A DNA stretch of 64,000 nt from Aulosira sp. ZfuVER01 (GCA_034530615.2 JAVRCV020000052.1:64001-128000), one strand, 5' to 3'. Counted from the first letter of the stretch, positions 39,956 to 49,465 are shown. Translations and numbers: made by a program. Notes: generated by a model from the sequence alone, not told the origin.

Positions 39956-40534
39956 ATGACATATACACCGAAAATTCTGGCCTTTGCTGGCAGTACTCGC
40001 GTAGATTCTTACAACAAAAAATTGGCTAAAATTGCCGCGAATGGTGCTAGGTCAGCAGGTGCGGAAGTCACTTATTTAGATCTGCGCGATTTACCCATGC
40101 CTCTTTTCGATGAGGATCTCGAAAAGCAACAAGGACAACCTGAAAACGCAGGTAAATTTAAAGAATTGTTACTTTCGCATCAAGGGTTCTTGATTGCTTC
40201 GCCTGAATATAACAGTTCAATTTCCGCAGTTTTGAAAAATGCGATCGATTGGGCATCTCGTCCCGCGCCAAACGAACCGCCTCTAGCAGCTTTTACAGGC
40301 AAAGTGGCTGCGCTGATGAGTGCTTCCCCTGGCGCACTAGGTGGTTTGCGGGGATTGGTTCATCTGCGCAGTATTTTAGGAAACATCAGAGTTTTAGTGC
40401 TTCCCGATCAAATAGCTGTCTCCAAAGCTTACGAAGCTTTCAATGCTGACGATTCATTAAAAGATGAAAAGCAACAGCAATCTATTGAAAAACTGGGTGA
40501 AAGTTTAGCCACAATTTTAGCAAAGCTTAACTAA
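39956..40534 (+). CDS. NADPH-dependent FMN reductase
   Basis: GSTRVDSYN and SPEYNSSISAVLKNAIDW motifs. Confidence 0.95.
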   Translation: MTYTPKILAFAGSTRVDSYNKKLAKIAANGARSAGAEVTYLDLRDLPMPLFDEDLEKQQGQPENAGKFKELLLSHQGFLIASPEYNSSISAVLKNAIDWASRPAPNEPPLAAFTGKVAALMSASPGALGGLRGLVHLRSILGNIRVLVLPDQIAVSKAYEAFNADDSLKDEKQQQSIEKLGESLATILAKLN

Positions 40535-40539
40535 ACTTT

Positions 40540-40911
40540 TCAGCGATTAATTAAATAGCGAGCACCTAGGAGTAGCAAAAAGATACCATACAATTTTTTC
40601 ATGGTCTCGCTGCTAATAAACGGCTGATTTGCAAACAATGCTCCAAATAAATTACCCACTACTAAACCAACTGCAATAATCACAGCATATTTGATATTCA
40701 GCTGACCATTGCGATAGTAAACTGCGGCTCCTAAAATCCCAATTGGTAATATTTGTGCAGCAATGGAAGTACCTGTGGCAAACTTCTGATCTAGACCCAT
40801 AAGTAAGACCATTGCTGGCACCATTATTGCTCCGCCACCAATACCAAACATTCCGCCAGCGACACCAGCAACTAAACCAATTAGTAACAGTTGAACGAGA
40901 ATATTAGACAT
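40540..40911 (-). CDS. Half-size TauE/SafE (TSUP) family exporter
   Basis: GGMFGIGGGAIMVP and ATGTS motifs; 123 aa. Confidence 0.88.
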   Translation of the reverse strand: MSNILVQLLLIGLVAGVAGGMFGIGGGAIMVPAMVLLMGLDQKFATGTSIAAQILPIGILGAAVYYRNGQLNIKYAVIIAVGLVVGNLFGALFANQPFISSETMKKLYGIFLLLLGARYLINR

Positions 40912-40917
40912 AAGAAG

Positions 40918-41883
40918 TTACAAACTAATTGTCCCAGACAAAATTGATTTAGGCAGCATACCATGAACTCCTTTTTGGGGACTGTTCACAACTTGGGTAA
41001 TCCGAAAATTTACTGCTAAACTACACAGCACATAAGCATCTTCTGGCGATAAATGTGTGAAGCGTTCTAGAAAATCAATCATATTTTTTAAGGCTTTTTC
41101 TAAGGCTTCATCTAAGGTTTTACCAAAGCCCATAGTTATGATATCGGTAGGAGTTTCAGCGATTGGTGTTGTTAAATGTAAATCTTTACGAACCTTCAGT
41201 TTAATTGAACCGTTCATAGAAGTTTCAATAGCAGTGACATTCACTTCACCATCTCCTTGTGCTGCATGACCATCACCAACAGAAAATAATGCACCGGGAA
41301 TAAAAATCGGCAAAAATAAGCGAGAACCTGCTTGTAATTCTCGGTTATCAATATTACCCCCATAACTACCAGGAGGAATAGAAGTGCGAGATAGTTCTGG
41401 AGTAGCAACACCAAGGATACCAAAAAATGGTTTGAGGGGAATTTTGATGCCAGTACCTTGAGGAAATTCAGCAATCTTGTTTTCTAAATCGAGGGGAATA
41501 AATCTTAAGGCTGGTTGATGAAATCTTTCTGGTAAAGCTCCCCAACCTGCACGAATTGCATTGAAACCTACAGGTAAACTTGGTGCGATCGCTTTTAATT
41601 GTACTTCCAAAACATCTGCTGGTTCCGCACCCCGCACATAAATTGGCCCTGTTAGCAAATGCGGCCCCCCGGCAATTTTACGTTCTGAGGATAAATTTTG
41701 GCAGATATCCAGAAATTCTGGGTTAACAAACTCAGGTGGTGCTTTATCGTACACATAATAACCACTGTAAGTTTCTACCTCAACGGTGTCACCAGAATCA
41801 ACAGTTAACACAGGTGATAGCAAGTGCGAAAAACCACCGAGATGAACTGTTTCTTTGGTTGCTTTTAAAATGTGATGGGTCAT
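40918..41883 (-). CDS. Acetamidase/formamidase family protein
   Basis: HLLTGPIYVRGAEP, GGNIDN, GDGHAAQGDGEV, AIE. Confidence 0.94.
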   Translation of the reverse strand: MTHHILKATKETVHLGGFSHLLSPVLTVDSGDTVEVETYSGYYVYDKAPPEFVNPEFLDICQNLSSERKIAGGPHLLTGPIYVRGAEPADVLEVQLKAIAPSLPVGFNAIRAGWGALPERFHQPALRFIPLDLENKIAEFPQGTGIKIPLKPFFGILGVATPELSRTSIPPGSYGGNIDNRELQAGSRLFLPIFIPGALFSVGDGHAAQGDGEVNVTAIETSMNGSIKLKVRKDLHLTTPIAETPTDIITMGFGKTLDEALEKALKNMIDFLERFTHLSPEDAYVLCSLAVNFRITQVVNSPQKGVHGMLPKSILSGTISL

Positions 41884-41931
41884 CTGAGCATCATTCTGAT
41901 TTAGCAGTATTAGTGCAATTTAATATACTTA

Positions 41932-42014
41932 ATACCAATTTGAAAAATGATTATGTCAGATGAATTCACACCAAGCCAGACCAAGAGAGTGATTCCCAAC
42001 CCCAAATCTAAAAT
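41932..42014. mobile_element. Truncated copy of the 38377-38477 MITE-like element
   Basis: ATACCAATTTGAAAAATGATT end and colinear interior to AAATCTAAAAT. Confidence 0.55.
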
Positions 42015-42040
42015 AGGAATTGTGATTGGCTCAAATGAAT

Positions 42041-42657
42041 CTTTCAATCCCCTTGCGGGGTAATAGTTAGTGGAAACCTAAATTTATATAAATTAAGTCT
42101 AAATCTTCGTTTCAATCCCCTTGCGGGGTAATAGTTAGTGGAAACTCACTAATATCTATTGCCATACGTTTTAAATATGTCCAGTTTCAATCCCCTTGCG
42201 GGGTAATAGTTAGTGGAAACAACTCTTTCTTAGTTTATGTAGTTTCTAATCACAGAAGTTTCAATCCCCTTGCGGGGTAATAGTTAGTGGAAACTTTCCA
42301 GGGTGGAAGCCCACAAACCCTAGAAGGGAGTTTCAATCCCCTTGCGGGGTAATAGTTAGTGGAAACTGCACTAGCAGCAGTGAACCCAGATGCTTTAAGT
42401 TTCAATCCCCTTGCGGGGTAATAGTTAGTGGAAACTTGGTTGGGTCTCCACCCAGAGCCAATTGATTCTAGGAGTTTCAATCCCCTTGCGGGGTAATAGT
42501 TAGTGGAAACTGCCACCGAAGTAGCGAAGTAAAGGAGGATTCACTAGTTTCAATCCCCTTGCGGGGTAATAGTTAGTGGAAACCGCTGCTTATCGTCAGC
42601 TAAACCTACAGATTGCAAACGTTTCAATCCCCTTGCGGGGTAATAGTTAGTGGAAAC
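42041..42657 (-). CRISPR. CRISPR array 2, 37-nt repeat GTTTCCACTAACTATTACCCCGCAAGGGGATTGAAAC (minus-strand reading)
   Basis: 9 repeats starting at 42041, 42109, 42184, 42258, 42330, 42399, 42474, 42547, 42621; 8 spacers of 31-38 nt; the 42041 copy is mutated (trailer) and a leader lies on the right. Confidence 0.99.
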
Positions 42658-42865
42658 ACCTCGGTGCTGAAACTCTTACAGAGTAAGTTTCCTGGGAAGG
42701 GTTTTGACGGGTCGAAAAAAAAGGTCATTTTCAGCCGCTCTTATTGCAAATAATTTGCATCTTCCCGAATTGTTGAAACGCTGTAATTATTAACTTGTCA
42801 AGGTTCTGGCGATTTTGGCAGATCCCCTAGGGTTTTTGCCCTCGCTTCGACTTGCCAAACGTCAA
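42658..42865 (-). promoter_or_regulatory. CRISPR array 2 leader
   Basis: Non-coding; TTTTGACGGGTC, TTTTGGCAGATC and inverted GACTTGCCAAAC motifs; TGCAAAT-A-ATTTGCA palindrome. Confidence 0.75.
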
Positions 42866-42974
42866 GTTGTTAGATTCATCATAAAACTACTTTCAGATCT
42901 TGTCGAGCTTTGATTAAAAATTAGGTGATGGCTTCAATCTTACCTATAAAAGCCGACCTCGAAGTAAGTGGTTT

Positions 42975-43022
42975 GCGATCGCCTGACTCTCTCCCTGGTA
43001 TTTATAGAGTAAGCGCAATCGC
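42975..43022. repeat. 48-bp HIP1-capped direct repeat, left copy
   Basis: 42/48 identical to 43561-43608; second HIP1 mutated (GCAATCGC). Confidence 0.85.
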
Positions 43023-43061
43023 ATGAACATCACAAGCGTTAAACGTTTTTAGCAAGCGCGA

Positions 43062-43280
43062 TTAGGCAGCTTGATTAACAGTTGGCTCCGGAAGAGGTTC
43101 ATTTGTGGCTTCATAAGCCATAATTAAAGACTCTAAAGCTTCAATACCGTTTGCCGCAGCCTCCTCATAAGTATCGCCATGAGTCCGCCAACGTTGTCCA
43201 GGAAAATCAGGAAATCCAACCAGAAAGCAGCTGTCTTCTTCAGACCATTGAATTAACATTTGATACTTAAATTTACTCAT
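43062..43280 (-). CDS. hicB: HicB family antitoxin (short form)
   Basis: YQMLIQWSEED..FPDFPG..THGDTYEEA..EAL..EPLPEP; overlaps hicA by 8 bp. Confidence 0.92.
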   Translation of the reverse strand: MSKFKYQMLIQWSEEDSCFLVGFPDFPGQRWRTHGDTYEEAAANGIEALESLIMAYEATNEPLPEPTVNQAA

Positions 43281-43500
43281 CTTCCTGCTTGTCCTGCTGT
43301 CGTTTCTCCTCTACCTCTTTTATAGCTTGTTGCACATCCTTTTCTTGGTAGGGTTTAGCGTCAGAACTATCTTTGCCTGAAACTGTTAGCTTTCCAGCAT
43401 ATAAGGGATGTATCCAGTTAGTGTGGCTTCCTTTTCCTGGGAGTTCAGTAAAGCCTACTTGACGTAGCCATTGTTTTAACTCTCTGATTTTCTTGGGCAT
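43273..43500 (-). CDS. hicA: HicA family toxin
   Basis: MPKKIRELKQWL..GF..GKGSH..HP; ATG 43500. Confidence 0.92.
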   Translation of the reverse strand: MPKKIRELKQWLRQVGFTELPGKGSHTNWIHPLYAGKLTVSGKDSSDAKPYQEKDVQQAIKEVEEKRQQDKQEDE

Positions 43501-43560
43501 TATCAGACGTTGACTATTAACCACAGCATATTAATTTCAATCTCACCCGTATCGAGTCAG

Positions 43561-43608
43561 GCGATCGCCTCACACTCTCTCTGATATTTATAGAGTAAGA
43601 GCGATCGC
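43561..43608. repeat. 48-bp HIP1-capped direct repeat, right copy
   Basis: GCGATCGC-N32-GCGATCGC with inner ACTCT/AGAGT stem. Confidence 0.85.
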
Positions 43609-43742
43609 TCACATCTACCCAGTCAATGCACAACGGGGGAGTAGAGGAGAATTTGCTGGATAATTATACTTTTTAGTCGATGCTTAAAGAAATATAAAAT
43701 TTAATTGCGGTATTGTAAAAGAGGCTTTTCATTAAATGAATT

Positions 43743-46010
43743 ATGAGCCAGTCAGAAGACAACGCTGTCCAAACTGCTTCTTTGACTAACCACGATCGCA
43801 AACCAATTCACATCCCTGGCTCAATCCAACCTCATGGTGTATTGCTGGTTCTTAGTCCTCAGCTAGAGATACTGCAAGTTAGCGATAATACCCTGGACTA
43901 CTTAAGCAAAACTACCCAAGAATTACTTGGACAACCTCTAAATATCTTGCTAGACCAGCAACAAGTTGCAGCTATTAAACAATGCTGGTCAAAAAAAATT
44001 GGTAGTCTATCTTATTACAAAGTATCAATAAATACTTTTAATGGAAAACAATACTTCGACTGTATTGCCCATCGTATAGAAGATGTTGTCATTCTGGAAC
44101 TAGAATTGATTGACTCTACATCTGAGGTGAGTTTCTTAAGTTTCCATGCTTTGGTCAATGAAGCGATCGCCCAAATGCAAAAGACATCGAACCTGACAGA
44201 ATTTTTGCATCTAGCGGCAACAGAAATCCGAGAAATCACAGATTTTGACCGAGTCATGGTCTATCAATTCGATCGTAACGCAGCAGGTTCCGTCATTGCT
44301 GAAGCCAAACGAGAGGATTTACCAACATATTTAGGGTTACATTATCCTGCTACAGATATTCCAGCGTCAGCCAGAGATTTATACACACGTTGTTTACTGC
44401 GATTTATCCCTAATTTAACTGCTAAACCAGTTAAGCTAGTTCCCACTGAAAACCCCATTACACATCAACCTCTCGATTTAAGCCTATCTGTACTTAGAAG
44501 TGTTGATTCATGCTGTCTTGAATATCACCACAATATGGGTGTGGCGTCACTTTTGGTAATCTCGCTGATTCAAGAACAGCAGCTTTGGGGTTTAATTTCC
44601 TGCCATCATCACACACCTAAGCATATTTCCCACGAAATCCGTCAAATCTGCGAGTTTTTGGGACGGATTGTATCTTCAGAGTTAACGCACAAAGTTAATC
44701 AATTGGAATTAGATTATAAAGTCAAACTTAAATCTCTACAGTCTGAGTTTATTGAGTCTATTTCCCAAGCAGATAATTTTATCGATGCTCTAATTAAACC
44801 AGAACTCCGCTTATTAGATGTTGTTAGTGCCTCTGGAGCAGCAGTTTGTTTAGATAATGAAATCACACTTGTAGGTGCAACACCCAATGTTGAGCAAGTT
44901 CGGACTCTAATGGAATGGGCAGATACTCAAGTCAAAGAAAATCTGTTTTCCACCGATTCTCTACCGCAGCTTTACCCTGATAGCACTGCCTTTAAAGATA
45001 CTGCTAGTGGCTTATTACTACTGCGAATTTCTCAAGTCCGACGCTATTACATTCTCTGGTTTCGTCCTGAAGTTATCCAAACGGTCAATTGGGCAGGTAA
45101 TCCCAATGAAGCTGTTGTTCAAATTGAAAAAGCAGATGGCACTATTACTTTGGGGCCGCGAAAATCCTTTGCCAAATGGCAAGAAACGGTACAATTAACT
45201 TCTTTACCGTGGAAACAATGTGAACTTGATAGTGCGATCGCTCTCAGGAATGCCATCGTTGGTATTGTACTTTCTAAAGCAGATGAGTTAGCCAAAATTA
45301 ACCTAGAGTTAGAACGCAGCAACCGCGAACTAGCCTCTTTTGCCTATGCGGCTTCCCACGATCTCAAGGAACCTTTGCGAGGTATATATAATTACTCAAC
45401 AATTATCTTAGAAGATTACGGTCAAATTCTCGATGATGACGGTATTGAGTGCTTAGAGACAGTAGTGACTTTATCAGTGCGCATGGAAACTCTGATTAAT
45501 GCGCTGCTGCGACTCGCCCAGTTAGGAAAAGCACAACTGCGTAAGCAAGCCACTGATCTCAACGAATTGCTCAACCAGTTACTTGATGTCTTTCATGCTA
45601 GTCGTCAAGATTCTGAGCTTTTGGATATTCGCATTCCTCAACCTTTGCCAACAATTCAATGTGATGCAGTTCTGGTTAACGAAGTCTTTAGTAACCTGAT
45701 TGCTAATGGGCTGAAATACAACGATAAAGCCGAGCAATGGGTTGAGATTGGCTATTTAGATCCCTCTGAGCAGCAGCAAACTTTAGCCGCCCCTCTGTTT
45801 TATGTCCGAGATAACGGTATTGGGATTCCAGAACATCATCGCGAAACTATCTTTCGACTGTTTAAGCGACTTCACTCCCAGGAAAAATACGGCGGAGGAG
45901 TAGGTGCGGGGCTAGCTATTGTTAAGAAGATTGTCGAACTTCATAACGGTCAGATTTGGGTTGAATCTACTGTAGGCATTGGCTCGACGTTCTATTTTTC
46001 CCTGGAATAG
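43743..46010 (+). CDS. Phytochrome histidine kinase (PAS-GAF-PHY-HK), tandem-Cys type
   Basis: PIHIPGSIQPHG, YPATDIP, LRSVDSCCLEY, PRKSF, ASHDLKEP, DNGIG. Confidence 0.92.
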   Translation: MSQSEDNAVQTASLTNHDRKPIHIPGSIQPHGVLLVLSPQLEILQVSDNTLDYLSKTTQELLGQPLNILLDQQQVAAIKQCWSKKIGSLSYYKVSINTFNGKQYFDCIAHRIEDVVILELELIDSTSEVSFLSFHALVNEAIAQMQKTSNLTEFLHLAATEIREITDFDRVMVYQFDRNAAGSVIAEAKREDLPTYLGLHYPATDIPASARDLYTRCLLRFIPNLTAKPVKLVPTENPITHQPLDLSLSVLRSVDSCCLEYHHNMGVASLLVISLIQEQQLWGLISCHHHTPKHISHEIRQICEFLGRIVSSELTHKVNQLELDYKVKLKSLQSEFIESISQADNFIDALIKPELRLLDVVSASGAAVCLDNEITLVGATPNVEQVRTLMEWADTQVKENLFSTDSLPQLYPDSTAFKDTASGLLLLRISQVRRYYILWFRPEVIQTVNWAGNPNEAVVQIEKADGTITLGPRKSFAKWQETVQLTSLPWKQCELDSAIALRNAIVGIVLSKADELAKINLELERSNRELASFAYAASHDLKEPLRGIYNYSTIILEDYGQILDDDGIECLETVVTLSVRMETLINALLRLAQLGKAQLRKQATDLNELLNQLLDVFHASRQDSELLDIRIPQPLPTIQCDAVLVNEVFSNLIANGLKYNDKAEQWVEIGYLDPSEQQQTLAAPLFYVRDNGIGIPEHHRETIFRLFKRLHSQEKYGGGVGAGLAIVKKIVELHNGQIWVESTVGIGSTFYFSLE

Positions 46011-46063
46011 TTTAAGATAAGTAACAAAAATCTTTTAATTATTACATTTTGTTAAGACAACTA

Positions 46064-46513
46064 ATGACCACGAAACTTCATGAACCTCTACTAGTTGTTG
46101 AGGACAGCAATGAAGATTTTAGGATGCTGCAACGCCTGATGCGACGCATGGCTGTCCAGAACCCTATATATCGCTGTACCAATGGGGACGAGGTTTTAGA
46201 TTTGCTCTATAAAGAGAGCAGCAATGAAAATTCTAGTGCAGTGCTGCGACCCTCTGTGATTCTGCTCGACCTCAATTTACCAGGGATTGACGGTCGTGAT
46301 ATCCTAGAGCGCCTCAAGCAAGATATAACTTATAGAGACATCCCTATTGTTGTTTTCACCACATCATCCAACCCTAGGGATATTGAATTGTGTTACCAAA
46401 AAGGTGCAAATGGCTATCTCGTCAAGCCTATGGATGCGCAAGGATTGCGAAAGACGATTCAGGCATTTGTAGACTATTGGTTGGAAACTAACACTCCACC
46501 AGTGTCACGTTAA
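46064..46513 (+). CDS. Single-domain response regulator (Rcp1-like)
   Basis: VVEDS, LLDLNLPGIDG, FTTS, YLVKP, DYW; follows the phytochrome. Confidence 0.93.
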   Translation: MTTKLHEPLLVVEDSNEDFRMLQRLMRRMAVQNPIYRCTNGDEVLDLLYKESSNENSSAVLRPSVILLDLNLPGIDGRDILERLKQDITYRDIPIVVFTTSSNPRDIELCYQKGANGYLVKPMDAQGLRKTIQAFVDYWLETNTPPVSR

Positions 46514-46954
46514 TTTGTGTATTTCTGGTTGATGAGGTAGCTAGAAGCAGAAAAGGACGCGGAGCGCGGTACAGCAGCAGACTGTATTCGTCTGTTGGTG
46601 CTGGGATTTGATATCCAGACTGCATAGAGGCTCTGAGTGAGTCTGTATGAGAGACACTCTGTTCAACCGGGGAAACCTCCATAAGCAAGTGTCCTCCCCT
46701 GTGTCTTCGCGATCGCTTCGTTCTCCGCATCAGGCTGTTTCCCCCTCTCTCTGCTGATTTCTCAGAATTACCACCAATTCCTTGCTGACGACTTAGTACT
46801 TACGTAGTGTTCTTGGCACGGTAGTCGCTTGCTTTAAGTTTTTTCACTAAACTTTAGATTTTATTTATATTTATTTTAGATTATTTTTAGAATTATGCAA
46901 GAGATTGCAACCTAGAGCAAAAAATCTCTATATTCCCCAGATCCTCATACTTTT

Positions 46955-48619
46955 ATGGTGGACACATGGACGCTACTGATCGTGGATGATTGTGCAGCGG
47001 ATCGAAAAATTTATCGTCGGTATCTTTTACAAGATCCTTACCAGTCCTACCAAATTTTGGAGGCAGACTGTGCAGAGGGCGGACTAGCCTTGTGTAAAAA
47101 AAATCATTGCGATGTCATTCTGTTAGATTTCTGCCTACCTGACATGAGTGGCTTGGAACTCTTTGATCGGCTGGAGAAAGAAATATTTGATACACCACCG
47201 ACTGTGATTATGCTGACTGGGCGGGGTGATGAAGAGGTTGCCGTGCAGGCAATGAAACGGGGTGCCCAAGATTATTTAGTCAAGCAATATCTGAAACCAG
47301 ATGTACTGCAACTAGCTGTTCGCAATGCCATCAAACAATCGTGCTTGCAAGCCCAGCTGTGTAAAAATCGAGAACGACAGCGCTTAATTGCTACGACAGC
47401 GTTACGAATTCGTCAATCTCTCGATTTGGAGCAAATTTTAAATACGGCGGTGGTGGAGGTACAACAGCTTCTCAAGTGCGATCGCGTCTTGGTGTATCAG
47501 TTTGCCCCAGAGAATGGCGGTAAGACTGTAGCCTCCTCCGTTGAGTCATGGGAGACTGTACTACCAAACCATAATATCCAAGATATCTGTCATGAGGTGG
47601 GGGGCGAAAACCATTATTGGGGATGTAAATTAGCCATTTCTCAAGTTTATGAAGCTGATTTGAGTCATAGTTACTTCAATCTATTAGAACAATTTAAGAC
47701 CAAGGAAAATTTAGTAGTTCCCATTCATTTGAGTAATAATGGCAAACTAGAAGATCCGCTTTGGGGCTTGTTGATTGCTCACCACAGTTCAGGAGAACGA
47801 GAGTGGCAAGCGGATGAAGTAGAAATACTCAATGAATTGTCAGTACAACTAGCGATCGCTATTCAACAGGCTGAATTGTTGGCGCAAACGCAAGCAGCGC
47901 TTGTCAAAGAAAAGCAACTCAATGCATTTAAATCCCAAATAGTAGCCACAGTTTCCCATGAGTATCGCACACCGTTAACTTCCATCTTGGCTGCTGCATC
48001 AACTGTGATTAAATATGGCAGGCAATTGGATGAATCTAAACAACAAAGGTTGTTGGGAATTATTGAGCAAAAAGCCAGGTCAATGTCTAAACTTGTGGAT
48101 GATATGCTGATGGTTAACCAAATTGAACTCGACAAAACCGGGTTTAAGCCCATCCCACTCGATCTGCTGCAATTTTTCTCCGATCTCATCGAACAAGCAC
48201 GAGAGACATTGACAGAGCAACATGAATTAATTTTTAACACCAGTGGAAATCACAAAGACTTCTGGGGCGATCGCGGGCTTTTGCAGCAAATATTTGTGAA
48301 TTTAATTTCTAATGCTATTAAGTATTCTCCTCATGGAGGTAGTGTAGAGGTTTACCTGATTGGCACAGAATCAGCGGTGATGTTTTACATTAAAGATGAG
48401 GGGATTGGCATACCAACAGCAGATCAAGAAAACTTATTCCAATCCTTCAGTCGTGGAAGTAACGTTGGTACAATTCCCGGGACAGGTTTAGGGTTAGCGA
48501 TCGCTAAATCTTGTGTAGAGTTACATGGAGGCAATATTACTTTGTCCAGTCAAATGGGGCAAGGAACTAAAGTGACAGTCAGCTTACCGAAGCAACCTCC
48601 TTTAAATATTTATAAATAA
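46955..48619 (+). CDS. Hybrid sensor kinase REC-GAF-HisKA-HATPase
   Basis: IVDD/LLDFCLP, DRVLVYQF..WGLLIAH, VSHEYRTPL, NAIKYS, GTGLGL. Confidence 0.93.
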   Translation: MVDTWTLLIVDDCAADRKIYRRYLLQDPYQSYQILEADCAEGGLALCKKNHCDVILLDFCLPDMSGLELFDRLEKEIFDTPPTVIMLTGRGDEEVAVQAMKRGAQDYLVKQYLKPDVLQLAVRNAIKQSCLQAQLCKNRERQRLIATTALRIRQSLDLEQILNTAVVEVQQLLKCDRVLVYQFAPENGGKTVASSVESWETVLPNHNIQDICHEVGGENHYWGCKLAISQVYEADLSHSYFNLLEQFKTKENLVVPIHLSNNGKLEDPLWGLLIAHHSSGEREWQADEVEILNELSVQLAIAIQQAELLAQTQAALVKEKQLNAFKSQIVATVSHEYRTPLTSILAAASTVIKYGRQLDESKQQRLLGIIEQKARSMSKLVDDMLMVNQIELDKTGFKPIPLDLLQFFSDLIEQARETLTEQHELIFNTSGNHKDFWGDRGLLQQIFVNLISNAIKYSPHGGSVEVYLIGTESAVMFYIKDEGIGIPTADQENLFQSFSRGSNVGTIPGTGLGLAIAKSCVELHGGNITLSSQMGQGTKVTVSLPKQPPLNIYK

Positions 48620-48655
48620 CTTTCTTAGTCAGGACTTTAGTCCTAGCCTTGAGGA

Positions 48656-49465
48656 TTATTCAATTGCTCCTTGTTGAGCAACAACTCCCACTGTGGCGTG
48701 ATAGATAGCCCAAGTACTTGGATCGTCAGCAAATTGACAATACTGCTCAATATCATGATCAGTTGCTTGACCAGTTGCAATGTATTTCTCTACAAGTTGT
48801 ATAGCAGACATTTTCATCACTGTTGCGATCCCAAAACCACCATTGGCTAGAGGTGTATCATTCTCTACAGATAAATTTTGTAATCCTAGCCTTTGCAAGA
48901 TAGCAGGTAACTTTACCCCCAGAGCGTAATCTAGTCCTTTATTTGTAAACATCCGCAGAATAGCTTGATTGACTCTATTCACAGACTGGAGTGTTTCTGA
49001 ATTACCCACAATAGCCCTCGCCGCCGCAAAATCAGGTTCCTCAAGTACAATCCATCCACCTGGTTTTAGCAGACTCAGCATTTGGGACAAAGCAACTCGA
49101 AAATCGGGTATATGAATCAGAACAAAACGCGCATGAATCAGGTCAAAAGATTGATTCTCCAGCGCGAGATGGCGAATATCTTCTTTTAATACTTCAACAT
49201 TAGATGGCAGTGGATCTTTTAAAAACTGAGTATCTAGATCTACAGCAACAACACTACCATTTTTGCCTACTATATCTGCCATCCATCGCATAATTGAGCC
49301 AGCCCCAGCTCCTACTTCCAGACATCGCCAATCGGTTGTCAAACCTGTTGCTAAAATTCGTCGTCGGCTGGCTGGATCAAATACTGTTTCAATTGTTTGC
49401 AGTCTTTCAATCTCTCTGAGATGTTGGGAATTAGCAAAAACGTAGCTAGACTCTGTCAAACTCAT
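48656..49465 (-). CDS. Class I SAM-dependent methyltransferase
   Basis: LEVGAGAG, FDLIHARFVLIH, LKPGG. Confidence 0.92.
   Translation of the reverse strand: MSLTESSYVFANSQHLREIERLQTIETVFDPASRRRILATGLTTDWRCLEVGAGAGSIMRWMADIVGKNGSVVAVDLDTQFLKDPLPSNVEVLKEDIRHLALENQSFDLIHARFVLIHIPDFRVALSQMLSLLKPGGWIVLEEPDFAAARAIVGNSETLQSVNRVNQAILRMFTNKGLDYALGVKLPAILQRLGLQNLSVENDTPLANGGFGIATVMKMSAIQLVEKYIATGQATDHDIEQYCQFADDPSTWAIYHATVGVVAQQGAIE

Noticed and set aside
42090..42103. 14-nt match AAATTAAGTCTAAA between an array 2 spacer and 63461-63474 upstream of moaD
   Set aside because: AT-rich, flanks do not extend, plausible by chance
42250..42516. 88-aa ORF with repeated VSTNYYPARGLK
   Set aside because: Read-through of CRISPR array 2
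35990..43742. cas genes or tracrRNA near the arrays
   Set aside because: The substantial ORFs have non-Cas assignments and no anti-repeat was seen outside the arrays
46514..46800. GC-richer intergenic stretch and 80-aa ORF as an ncRNA or gene
   Set aside because: Looks like decayed dispersed repeats; no consistent structure or boundaries could be defined
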